Below, in pieces: positions 10,154 to 19,259 of a stretch of DNA of 64,000 nt. The stretch comes from Candidatus Cloacimonadota bacterium (GTDB lineage Bacteria; Cloacimonadota; Cloacimonadia; Cloacimonadales; TCS61), in contig JAIORE010000190.1 of assembly GCA_021108315.1 (NCBI GenBank), positions 2,736 through 66,735 on the forward strand, written 5' to 3'. A model generated the notes under the pieces. That model was given only the letters and a program-made list of their open reading frames with translations, made no database searches and had not been told where the DNA came from. Each line of letters starts with the position of its first letter. Positions within the stretch are counted from its first letter, which is position 1. Made by a program: the position numbers and the translations under genes.

Positions 10154-10169
10154 TGGCATAACTTATGCA
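10154..10169 (+). promoter_or_regulatory. Putative sigma54 (-24/-12) promoter
   Basis: TGGCATAACTTATGCA gives GG-N10-GC, ~33 nt before ATG 10201. The core GCATAA-C-TTATGC is also a perfect palindrome. Confidence 0.6.
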
Positions 10170-10200
10170 ATTACATTTTGAAAATTGTATTGGAGGAAAA

Positions 10201-13200
10201 ATGAAAAAAACAATTTTATTAGTTATTATCTTTGTGTTTTGTTTCAGTCTTATGGCTAAATCTTCACAGGTATTGTTCAAAATCAAAACTGAGAAATTAA
10301 AAAACCTCTCGGTTCAGCTTAGTAAAAAATGGGAAATCCAATATGCCGAAGTATTAAAGTATGCAGAAGAAAACAAAATACCACTCATTTATGAGGATGA
10401 GAACACTTTTATGAAGCTACATCATATCTCAAATACAGGACTGCCTATTTACTACAAAACAGATAATGCAACTTCTGCAAAAACTATTTCAACTGATCAT
10501 GTTCATCCGAATGGTTTATCTGGACTCTCTTTAACAGGAGCAGGCTTCCTTATCGGTGAATGGGATGGCGGACACGCTCGCATAACTCACCAAGAATTTG
10601 AGAATAGGGTCACTTATGGAGATACCTGTAGTGAACATTATCATTCTACTCACGTTGCCGGAACAATGATTGGAGCAGGAATAGATCCTTCTTCAAAAGG
10701 AATGGCTTATGAAGCAGATTTGGTTTCTTATGACTGGGATCGGGATGAAGAAGAATTATCACTAGAAGTAGCTGATGGAATGATATTATCAAACCATTCT
10801 TACGGACCAGATTTAGGATGGAGATGGGCTGGGACTTGGATCTGGATGGGAGGTCATTGGAGTGAGGAAGACAAATACTTTGGATATTATTCCAGTTCCG
10901 ATGCCGTTTTAGATACAATTGCTTATTTAGCACCCCATTATTTAATGATAAGATCTGCCGGAAACGATAGAAATGATGGTCCCGGAGATAATCCGGATCA
11001 TCAAGATGATGGACCTTGGGACTGCATAAGTCTTTCCAGTTTAGCAAAGAACATATTAACTGTGGGAGCTACTGAAGATATTACAAATGGTTATTCTCAA
11101 CCGAGCGATGTTATTCTTGCCGATTTCAGTAGTTGTGGTCCTATAGATGATGGTAGAGTGAAACCAGATATTGTCGCAAATGGGGTAGACCTTTTTTCTA
11201 CGGATGATGATAGCGATGATGCTTATCAGATTTTGGGTGGTACTTCTATGGCTTCCCCATCTGTAGCAGCTTCATTATTATTGATGCAAGAACATTATGA
11301 AAACTTGCATGGTGATGGCAACTTTATGCTTGCTGCAACCTTAAAAGGGTTGCTTACTCACACAGCGGATGAAGCAGGTCAATTTGACGGACCAGATTAT
11401 GAATTTGGATGGGGATTGATGAACACAGCAAGGATGGCAGATCATATCTCGAAAGACGGAACTTCAAATACCATAGAAGAATTAACTCTGAACAACAGTC
11501 AAATATATCAAACTACTGTAATAGCCACTGGAATAGAACCATTGAAAGCAACAATTTGTTGGACTGATGCACCGGCAATTCCACTTGCACCGAGCCTTGA
11601 TGATCCCACTCCAATGCTCGTTAATGATCTTGACATTCGTATTACTCGTAATTCAGATACTTATTATCCTTGGCGATTAAATGCACTCTATCCTCAAGCA
11701 CCTGCTTCAAAAGATGGCGATAACTATGTAGATAATGTAGAACAAGTTCTGGTTTCAAATCCAGAATCTGCAGAATATACAATTACAGTTTCTCATAAAG
11801 GGACTTTGGTTGATGAAACTTTCTCACCAACTCCTCAAAATTTCTCCTTAATCATCAGTGGATTAGCTGAAGATGATTTGATTTGTCGAATTATTGAACC
11901 TGTTAATGGAGCCGAAATAGAATCAGGATCTTTTGTCTCAATAGAAGTAGATCCTTTAGAGTTCCCGCGCTCAATAGATAGAGTAGAGTTTTTTATCAAT
12001 GATGCAACAGAACCCTTTGAAACCGAATATTCTTACCCCTATTCATGTAATTGGTCAACCTACGATTTGGAAGAAGGGATATATACGATCAAAGCAATAG
12101 CCTATGATAATGCGGATAATTCAACAGAAGATATTATTAGAATTCATTTATATGAAGATGAATATGTAAATCTGCCGTATCAAGAAGATTTTGAGAATAA
12201 CGGTGAGATGCCAGACGGTTGGAGAGAAAGTTTTTTTAACGGAAGTACTCTCTCTTGGCAATTTACTGCCGGTAATGGAGCTAATAACCCTTCAAGTGCA
12301 CATAGTGGTTCATACAATGCCCTATTAAAAGACTCAGATATTTTACCAGATGAAACTGCCTTAATAACTCCAAAGATCAAATTCAGAGAATATACAGTGA
12401 GTGCATCTATGACATTCTGGGTTCATATGGAACAGCGTTCTATCTATAAAGATAAGTTGGAAATATATTATATCGAACCCGGGAGTATTTATTGGTATAG
12501 ACTCGTTGTTATAGAAACAAATACAGATTGGCAAGAAGTAACTATGGAAATTCCGGTAAGCATTAATGGGATTTATCTCGGATTTTTCGGAAATGCAAAG
12601 AATGGATATGGCATTTGCATTGATGATGTAGAAATAAATTCTTTTGAAGCTGAACCCCCTTTTATTAGTTTAAATGAAACTTTCATAGACTATGGTATCA
12701 TTGAAGTAGGCAGTTCATTAACACAATCCTTTGCAATTAGCAATCTCGGACAAATGGAGCTTATAGGTTCCATTACCTTACCATCCGACCAATATTCTAT
12801 TTCCGAAGTAGTTACTGCTCGCAGTTCAAAAAAGAAATCTTCTAATGATAATGACAGGTTTGATATTGCTTTCGTGATTCCCGGTGGGCAATCCGAAACA
12901 TTTGAAGTACTATTTTCTCCGGAAATTACAGGTGTTTTTGAAGGACACATTGAGATCATTTCGAATACTCCTTATAATCCTACCGAAACGATCTATATCT
13001 ATGGTGAAGGTGCTGTTGCTGATATTTCCACAGATTTACCTTATCTCTACCAAACGATGTACAGTGATCAAACTTCAATATTACCATTGACCATTTTAAA
13101 TAACAGCGATGTTAATCTGAATTATCTGGCGATAGTAGAACACGCCGAGAGAACGAGAAATACGATAGATGTTCACCTTCTAAATTCAGACTATAATAGC

Positions 13201-14100
13201 GGAAGTTGTACCACGACTGAGAAAACAGAGACCAGCCTTATCAAGGGTTTTGATGATGAAGATGGTTGGATGAAATTTGACATTAGTAGTATTCCGGCAA
13301 ATGCAACTATCAATTCCGCCACTTTTAACGGTTATGTAAATGATACTTATTATCCTTATTGGAGTATTACTCCTGTAAGTTGTGATCCGATAAGTGAAGA
13401 GGCATCTATTTTGTATGAAGATATTAACTCCGAGCAATTTATTGATTATTATCTTTTTAGTAATGAGGACAATGAATTCTCAACCGGATGGAAAAATTTA
13501 CCTTTAAATAATGATGCTATCTATGATCTTCAACAAGCTATTTCTACTCAAGATTGGTTTGCCATCGGTATCGTGGGTCGCGATGCTGATCCTCAGTATT
13601 TTATCAATTTTGATGGTTGGAATGAACCGAATAAACCTTATCTTACCATTGATTATACGGTTTCTACAACAGATTGGCTAAGTATTAACGGGCAAAATAT
13701 GATTGAAGGATCTATCTTGCCAAATGAAGATTTTGAGATAGAAGTTGGTTTCGATTCAGCAACTTTACCGAATGGAATTTATGAAGCATCCATCAATATT
13801 AGTTCCAATGATCCTGATGAAAATCCTTATGTAATACCAATTACTTTAGAAATTATCGGTGAACTCATTATTCCTGATGAGATAGAAATTTCCTATGAAA
13901 ACGGTAATATTCTATTAAGCTGGCTTGATTCTGGAGCAAATTCCTATAAAGTTTTTTCTGCCCAAGATGCGAACGGTGATTTTAGTGATATAACTGAACA
14001 AGGTAATTTTTCAATAACTAGATCACGAGTTATCTGGACTATGCCGATAGATGAAAGTGTCCAGAAATTATTCTTCCGAGTAAAATCAAGTACCGATTAA
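10201..14100 (+). CDS. Secreted multidomain S8 (subtilisin-like) serine protease with Ig-like, MAM/adhesin-like and ASH-like domains and a shared non-T9SS C-terminal domain
   Basis: Signal peptide and catalytic triad GEWDGG / HSTHVAGT / GGTSMASP, plus GRVKPDIVANG and DYEFGWG. GGAGG RBS precedes ATG 10201. Confidence 0.92.
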   Translation: MKKTILLVIIFVFCFSLMAKSSQVLFKIKTEKLKNLSVQLSKKWEIQYAEVLKYAEENKIPLIYEDENTFMKLHHISNTGLPIYYKTDNATSAKTISTDHVHPNGLSGLSLTGAGFLIGEWDGGHARITHQEFENRVTYGDTCSEHYHSTHVAGTMIGAGIDPSSKGMAYEADLVSYDWDRDEEELSLEVADGMILSNHSYGPDLGWRWAGTWIWMGGHWSEEDKYFGYYSSSDAVLDTIAYLAPHYLMIRSAGNDRNDGPGDNPDHQDDGPWDCISLSSLAKNILTVGATEDITNGYSQPSDVILADFSSCGPIDDGRVKPDIVANGVDLFSTDDDSDDAYQILGGTSMASPSVAASLLLMQEHYENLHGDGNFMLAATLKGLLTHTADEAGQFDGPDYEFGWGLMNTARMADHISKDGTSNTIEELTLNNSQIYQTTVIATGIEPLKATICWTDAPAIPLAPSLDDPTPMLVNDLDIRITRNSDTYYPWRLNALYPQAPASKDGDNYVDNVEQVLVSNPESAEYTITVSHKGTLVDETFSPTPQNFSLIISGLAEDDLICRIIEPVNGAEIESGSFVSIEVDPLEFPRSIDRVEFFINDATEPFETEYSYPYSCNWSTYDLEEGIYTIKAIAYDNADNSTEDIIRIHLYEDEYVNLPYQEDFENNGEMPDGWRESFFNGSTLSWQFTAGNGANNPSSAHSGSYNALLKDSDILPDETALITPKIKFREYTVSASMTFWVHMEQRSIYKDKLEIYYIEPGSIYWYRLVVIETNTDWQEVTMEIPVSINGIYLGFFGNAKNGYGICIDDVEINSFEAEPPFISLNETFIDYGIIEVGSSLTQSFAISNLGQMELIGSITLPSDQYSISEVVTARSSKKKSSNDNDRFDIAFVIPGGQSETFEVLFSPEITGVFEGHIEIISNTPYNPTETIYIYGEGAVADISTDLPYLYQTMYSDQTSILPLTILNNSDVNLNYLAIVEHAERTRNTIDVHLLNSDYNSGSCTTTEKTETSLIKGFDDEDGWMKFDISSIPANATINSATFNGYVNDTYYPYWSITPVSCDPISEEASILYEDINSEQFIDYYLFSNEDNEFSTGWKNLPLNNDAIYDLQQAISTQDWFAIGIVGRDADPQYFINFDGWNEPNKPYLTIDYTVSTTDWLSINGQNMIEGSILPNEDFEIEVGFDSATLPNGIYEASINISSNDPDENPYVIPITLEIIGELIIPDEIEISYENGNILLSWLDSGANSYKVFSAQDANGDFSDITEQGNFSITRSRVIWTMPIDESVQKLFFRVKSSTD

Positions 14101-14121
14101 TTATTAAATTCTCCTCTCCTG

Positions 14122-14157
14122 ATAGCCTTTTCCTTTATTGGAAGGGGCTATTTTTTT
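14122..14157 (+). terminator. Rho-independent terminator of the S8 gene
   Basis: ATAGCCTTTTCC-loop-GGAAGGGGCTAT followed by a T run. Confidence 0.8.
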
Positions 14158-14297
14158 GTATTCACTATTAGTTTGTTTGCTTATCACTATAAGTTATGGA
14201 AGACAACAGGATTTTTATTCAATTTTATAAGTTAAAAAAAATATTATTATTATTTACAAAATAAAATATAATAAGTAATAGATTAGAAAATAATAAT

Positions 14298-14376
14298 TTA
14301 TAAAACTTCAATTTATAAATTATAAAAAATAATATTATTAATTATAAAATTTTAGTTTATAAGTTATAAATTGACA
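14298..14376. promoter_or_regulatory. Duplicated TTATAA-rich operator-like unit abutting a TTGACA hexamer
   Basis: A 28-bp unit repeats at 44-bp period (14298-14325 and 14342-14369), each copy with three TTATAA; TTGACA lies at 14371-14376. Confidence 0.45.
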
Positions 14377-14461
14377 ATATTATAGTGTTATCTTTCTTAA
14401 CATATCAGTATCATTTTTATTAATGATAGGGGAGAAAGGTAGAAATTATTAAGGAGAGTAT

Positions 14462-14851
14462 ATGAGTTTGTTCTATAATATCGTGAAACGATTTAATCCG
14501 GCAAAACCGGCAGAACCCCCTAAGTACCACGCAGTTATCAAAAGTGATGGAATAGTAACTATCAGTGATATAGGAAAGAGGATCACTGCAAGTAGTGCCT
14601 TTACCCGGGCAGATGTAATTGGTTTGATGTATGGCTTGATGGATGTAATCGCAGATGAATTGAAGGATGGCAAGATAGTCCGTATTGATCCGTTGGGAAC
14701 TTTCACTTTGAAAGCAAGAAGTAGAGGAGCAGAAGACCCGAGCAAATTCACATCTCGCCGGATTGATGGAGTGAAGCTGCATTTTTCTCCTCATAAGGAA
14801 TTTCTCGATGAATTGAGAAATGTTCATTGGAAAAAATGGAAGCCTTTTTGA
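14462..14851 (+). CDS. HU-family (Bacteroidota-type, extended) histone-like DNA-binding protein
   Basis: ITASSAFTRADVIGLM...ELKDGKIVRIDPLGTFTLK...VKLHFSP pattern; AAGGAG RBS. Confidence 0.88.
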   Translation: MSLFYNIVKRFNPAKPAEPPKYHAVIKSDGIVTISDIGKRITASSAFTRADVIGLMYGLMDVIADELKDGKIVRIDPLGTFTLKARSRGAEDPSKFTSRRIDGVKLHFSPHKEFLDELRNVHWKKWKPF

Positions 14852-14895
14852 AGATTTGATAAAAAATATTTGCCGATATTATGTGAATTAGGAAT

Positions 14896-14960
14896 TTGGA
14901 TTTAATTTGATTTAATTTGATTTAATTGGATTGGATTGGATTGGATTGGATTGGATTGGA
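14896..14960. repeat. Short tandem repeat: (TTTAATTTGA)2 followed by (TTGGA)7
   Basis: TTGGA occurs seven times at 14926-14960, preceded by 10-bp units in the same 5-bp phase. Confidence 0.95.
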
Positions 14961-14964
14961 TATT

Positions 14965-15099
14965 CAGCACAGTCAATTCGCTATGCTCAAAGACAGTGCT
15001 AATAATCTATAAGCCCTTTGGGCTAAGGAAAAACATTGATTGAGCCTTTCTCCGAAGGAGATAAAGACCACAGCAAAGGGTTGCGTAGTTACCCTTTGC
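14965..15099. repeat. REP/REPIN-like composite palindromic unit (left copy)
   Basis: Hairpins AGCCC-TTT-GGGCT, TCTCC-GAA-GGAGA and GCAAAGGGT-loop-ACCCTTTGC; diverged direct repeat of 15733-15866. Confidence 0.85.
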
Positions 15100-15218
15100 T
15101 TTGCAACGAGGCAACGACGAAATGTTGAAATGACGAAACATTGAAAATAATGAATCAATAACCGTTGCAACGATACAACGATGAATCAATGAAATCATAA
15201 AACAAAAAAGGAAAAAAT

Positions 15219-15674
15219 ATGCCCCAATCATTATCAAAAATATCATTACACATCGTATTTTCCACAAAATATAGATTCGGATTTTTTACAGATAGAGATA
15301 TAAGAAACGATGTTCATTCATATATTGCAGCAATTTTTAACAAAAGAGGAGCAACAGCAATAAAAGTCGGAGGTGTAGCAGACCATATTCATATTTTATG
15401 TTTACAATCAAGAGAGGAATTGATAAGTAAAACAATTGGTGAGGCAAAGCGTTCATCAAATTTGTGGTTGAAAGAAAAGTATGATATATTTTCAAATTTC
15501 AGATGGCAGAAAGGTTATGGAGTTTTTTCAGTAAGTGAATCTCATATCAATAGAGTAACAAAATATATAGAAAATCAGGAAGAGCATCATTATAAAACAT
15601 CATTTAAAAAAGAATATAGAACATTATTGAAAAAATATAAAATTGAATATGATGAAAAATATGTTTGGGATTGA
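15219..15674 (+). mobile_element. tnpA: IS200/IS605-family HUH (Y1) transposase TnpA, RAYT-like; no tnpB
   Basis: MPQSLSKISLHIVFSTKYR, HUH motif DHIHIL, WQKGYGVFSVS and catalytic Tyr in KYIENQEEHH. Flanked by REP-like units. Confidence 0.92.
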
Positions 15675-15732
15675 ATGTTCACCTCTTTCAGAGGAGATTG
15701 TTAAAATTTTATTACTCCCAACGCCCAATCCC

Positions 15733-15866
15733 CAGCACAGCCTATTCGCTGCACTCAAAGACAATGCTGACATTCTATAAGCCCTTTGGGCTAAAGATAA
15801 GACAATGCTGAATCTATTCTCCAAAGGAGATAAAGAATATACAATAGGGTTGCGCAGCTATCCTAT
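15733..15866. repeat. REP/REPIN-like composite palindromic unit (right copy)
   Basis: Same three hairpins as the left copy with changed stem bases (ATAGGGT-loop-ATCCTAT); overlaps the start of the next ORF. Confidence 0.85.
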
Positions 15867-18800
15867 ATGTGTAATCCTCCTCCTATTCCTCCTGATCTCT
15901 ACAATTCTCTTCTCAAAAACAACAAGATTCTCCTCGCCCATCATCAGGCAGCAATCCTTTCACAATGTGGAAGCGGATTCTTCACTATCCCTCATATATC
16001 ATCCGATTATCATAAATTCCGAAACAGTTATATCAGATTCGATTCTATTAAACAAACATATTGATTACAAGATAGATTATCAAAAATTTGAGTTGATTCC
16101 TTTCAAACCATACAAAAACCTCGGAATAGAATATATGATCTATCCACCAGATATACTGAGAGAATTTTCGCTATATGAATATATTGATATCAAAGACACT
16201 TTAAATTTCACACGGAAAACTAAAAGAAAGCAACTTTTTTCCTCAACTACAAAACTAAATATCACTGGTTCAAAAACTATTTCGGTAAGTGTAGCAAATG
16301 ATGCAGATTTCAGCTTGGATCAATCATTATTCCTAAAGATGAGCGGAGAACTCAGCAACAATATGATGATCGAAGCCCAGCTTTCCGACAGCCAATCACC
16401 TATAACCCCAGAAGGTGATACTCGCGAACTCAGCAGTTTGGATAAGATATTTCTCCGTTTGTATGGCAAACAATATGAACTCTCTTTTGGTGATTTGGAG
16501 ATGGAATTTACCGATACATACTTTCTTAATTATACTCCAAAGTTCGAAGGATTGAAAGCAGGTTGGTTCAAACAAAACAAGTTTTATGGTGCTCTGGCAA
16601 TCTCCAAAGGGAAAAAGACATCCGTAACATTCAATGGGATTGATGCAAATCAAGGACCCTATTATTTGCAGGTTGAGAACAATACGGGAGTGAGGGTTAT
16701 TCCCGGTTCGGAAAGCGTATTTTTGGATGGAATATCCTTAGGACGAGGGTCTGATTATGTTATAGATTATGCTGATGGAAGTATCATCTTTGCTAATAAA
16801 CATTTTATCTCCGACAAATCGTTCATTCAGGTTACATTCCAATATTCTGATGATAATTATAAGCAAAATATGTATCTAACTTCTTATGAAATAAAGCTTA
16901 CTGATAAGGTGAAGCTAAATTTTTCACTCATCAATGAACAAGATGATAAGAATAATCCTCTGGAATATGTTTTTACAGATGCTGATCTGGATAGCCTGAA
17001 AAATGCCGGTGATACGGCAACCATCGGGCAAGGAATCTTTGAAGTTGAAGAAGGCATCGGTGCTTATGAACTCTCCGAAACAGGAGATTATTATGTTTAT
17101 ACAGGCTCTGATTCTACCGGAAGTTACAATATCTTCTTTGTATATCAGGGATATCAGCAGGCTGATTATGAAATTTCCGATTTTGGAGATTATTATATTT
17201 ACGTTGGCGATAATGAAGGTTCTTATATCATTGGTAAGAGTTTAAAAGCTCCCCAGAATAAAACGAACCTTGATCTCAAGTTTTCTTTTGAGAATGACTT
17301 GCTAAAAATATACTCAGAAGGTTTTTATTCAAATCTTGATAAAAACACTTTTTCTAGTATTGATGATAAAGATAATAATTCATTTGCGACTTTTTCAGAG
17401 ATTCAAATATCACCTGATCTGGATAAGATCAAGCCTGTTCTCACTTTGAACTACCGAAAGATTACAGATAATATTGCTACTTTTAGCGAGTTTGTTGATC
17501 CTCTTGATAACTTTGAAATGATTCAAATAGCAGATTCCCTTGCCAGTGATGAGGTTGGTGCAAAACTCAGTTTGAACTTTTCAGAAATATATATTCCATC
17601 TTGGAAGGTAAAGCATAAATTAGTAAAAAACTATGCTAAACAGAACTTCTTTGAATGGAAAAACAAGATAAATCAAACACACATTATTCCTGATTTAAAT
17701 TACAGATTATTGAATATAAATCAGAGTTTCTCTGATAAAAATGATAGTTTTATTGTGAAAGAGAGTAATCTTTCCCTGCACGATTTGAAGACATCTTACT
17801 TGATAAAGAAAATAAGGATAGGAACAAATTACAATTATAGTAAGAACAATACATCATACATATATCCTCCTGATTTTGAATTTACAAAAGTACAGCATAA
17901 ATATTTTTTTAAAACTGAGAACATATCCAAGTTTTCCGGAGAATTATTTTATCTCGAAGCAAAAGAAGATTCGCTATATTCTCATGAAGAAAACAAACAC
18001 ACCGAAAAGACAAATACGATCGGTATAAAATCACTTTTGAATACAAAGTCTCACTCCTTCCAGATAGCCTTATCTCATATTGTAATTAACGATACGCTCT
18101 CAAAGTCGTATGATCTAATTGATTTCTCCACTCGAAACTATTTTCTCAAGGAAGCGATCACCATTCGGACAAGCTATGGAATCAAGAATTTACAGTTTTA
18201 TCCAAAGATCAAAGAGTTCATCTATGTTGGAACAGATAATGGCTCTTATTATGCTGATACAACTTATGTGGGATTGGGAGAAGGCAATTATGATTGGGAG
18301 ATTACCGGAACAAATTACAAAGATCCTGAATTATCTGTAGAGGTTAATGCAAATATTCGAACTTTTATCACTCCTAAAATGATAATGGATAACTATCTCA
18401 AGAGATTTCAGTGGGAAACTCACCTTCAAATTATAGAAAATTCAAAAGCTACAGATCGAAGGAAAGTCTATTATTTTCACCCCGATTTCATAATGAATGA
18501 TGAAGAAACATTGCATGGACAACATATTTTCAGAAATATATTCTGGTATGAACTCATTCCGCATAAATTGACTCATAGAACTACTTTTGAGCGAAAGAAA
18601 ACTCTAGATAATCGTTATCAAGATATAGATAAAACTCTTTCAGATGATTGGGAATTTTCCTTAACACTATCTAAATTCTATAAAACAAATTTGGAATTGA
18701 TCTATGAAAATAAAAAGCAGGAAGAGAGCCATTATAATTCTAAAACAAAGACAGATATGATAAATTTGGATATCAGAAACCGTTTATTCAGTGAAACGAG

Positions 18801-19140
18801 CCTTACTTCATCAATTAGATATATTTCAGAGACAGGTAGTAGCCTTTCGAGTTATGGTTCTTATGATTTGAAAAGTATTGAGATTTCTGAGAAAACAAAT
18901 TTCTATTTCTTTAAGAAGTACCGGCTTTTTGGAAAATTTACTTACAAGAAAAATATGCGCTCAGGTGATTTTCTAAGCTCTATAAATGAAAAGAAAAATG
19001 GAAATATTTTCAAATGGTTCTTCACTATTGATTATCGTTTTAATAATTATACAACTGTAAATCTCGAATATTCAGGCAAAAAATATCCGGATGATAAGTC
19101 GCAACATAAAATGGAATTAGAGGTGAAGGCTGAGTTTTAA
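15805..19140 (+). CDS. Large outer-membrane beta-barrel protein with SprA/Sov-like N-terminal segments
   Basis: Signal-peptide-like VILLLFLLISTILFS, ITGSKTISVSV..DQSLFLKMSGELS and GPYYL...GSESVFLDG..GRGSDYVIDY..GSI motifs, amphipathic strands and terminal Phe (VKAEF). True start uncertain (15805 or TTG 15850). Confidence 0.6.
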   Translation: MLNLFSKGDKEYTIGLRSYPICVILLLFLLISTILFSKTTRFSSPIIRQQSFHNVEADSSLSLIYHPIIINSETVISDSILLNKHIDYKIDYQKFELIPFKPYKNLGIEYMIYPPDILREFSLYEYIDIKDTLNFTRKTKRKQLFSSTTKLNITGSKTISVSVANDADFSLDQSLFLKMSGELSNNMMIEAQLSDSQSPITPEGDTRELSSLDKIFLRLYGKQYELSFGDLEMEFTDTYFLNYTPKFEGLKAGWFKQNKFYGALAISKGKKTSVTFNGIDANQGPYYLQVENNTGVRVIPGSESVFLDGISLGRGSDYVIDYADGSIIFANKHFISDKSFIQVTFQYSDDNYKQNMYLTSYEIKLTDKVKLNFSLINEQDDKNNPLEYVFTDADLDSLKNAGDTATIGQGIFEVEEGIGAYELSETGDYYVYTGSDSTGSYNIFFVYQGYQQADYEISDFGDYYIYVGDNEGSYIIGKSLKAPQNKTNLDLKFSFENDLLKIYSEGFYSNLDKNTFSSIDDKDNNSFATFSEIQISPDLDKIKPVLTLNYRKITDNIATFSEFVDPLDNFEMIQIADSLASDEVGAKLSLNFSEIYIPSWKVKHKLVKNYAKQNFFEWKNKINQTHIIPDLNYRLLNINQSFSDKNDSFIVKESNLSLHDLKTSYLIKKIRIGTNYNYSKNNTSYIYPPDFEFTKVQHKYFFKTENISKFSGELFYLEAKEDSLYSHEENKHTEKTNTIGIKSLLNTKSHSFQIALSHIVINDTLSKSYDLIDFSTRNYFLKEAITIRTSYGIKNLQFYPKIKEFIYVGTDNGSYYADTTYVGLGEGNYDWEITGTNYKDPELSVEVNANIRTFITPKMIMDNYLKRFQWETHLQIIENSKATDRRKVYYFHPDFIMNDEETLHGQHIFRNIFWYELIPHKLTHRTTFERKKTLDNRYQDIDKTLSDDWEFSLTLSKFYKTNLELIYENKKQEESHYNSKTKTDMINLDIRNRLFSETSLTSSIRYISETGSSLSSYGSYDLKSIEISEKTNFYFFKKYRLFGKFTYKKNMRSGDFLSSINEKKNGNIFKWFFTIDYRFNNYTTVNLEYSGKKYPDDKSQHKMELEVKAEF

Positions 19141-19259
19141 AAATTTAATTGATATTCTACTTCTCGGTAAAAATTGTTAATATTCATATTTTACCAGAAT
19201 TTATTTTTCATTGACACTAAAAACATCCATTTCATTTTTCTTTATTAATATAGGTGGCT

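Noticed and set aside
9893-14160. Diversity-generating retroelement TR/VR pair (9893-10036 vs 14011-14157)
   Set aside because: Differences include non-adenine changes (T/C, G/C), the homology extends through the terminator, and no reverse transcriptase is in the window. A gene relic fits better.
14896-15200. CRISPR array
   Set aside because: Only 5-10-bp tandem units and two long repeats; no constant repeat with unique ~30-40-bp spacers and no cas genes.
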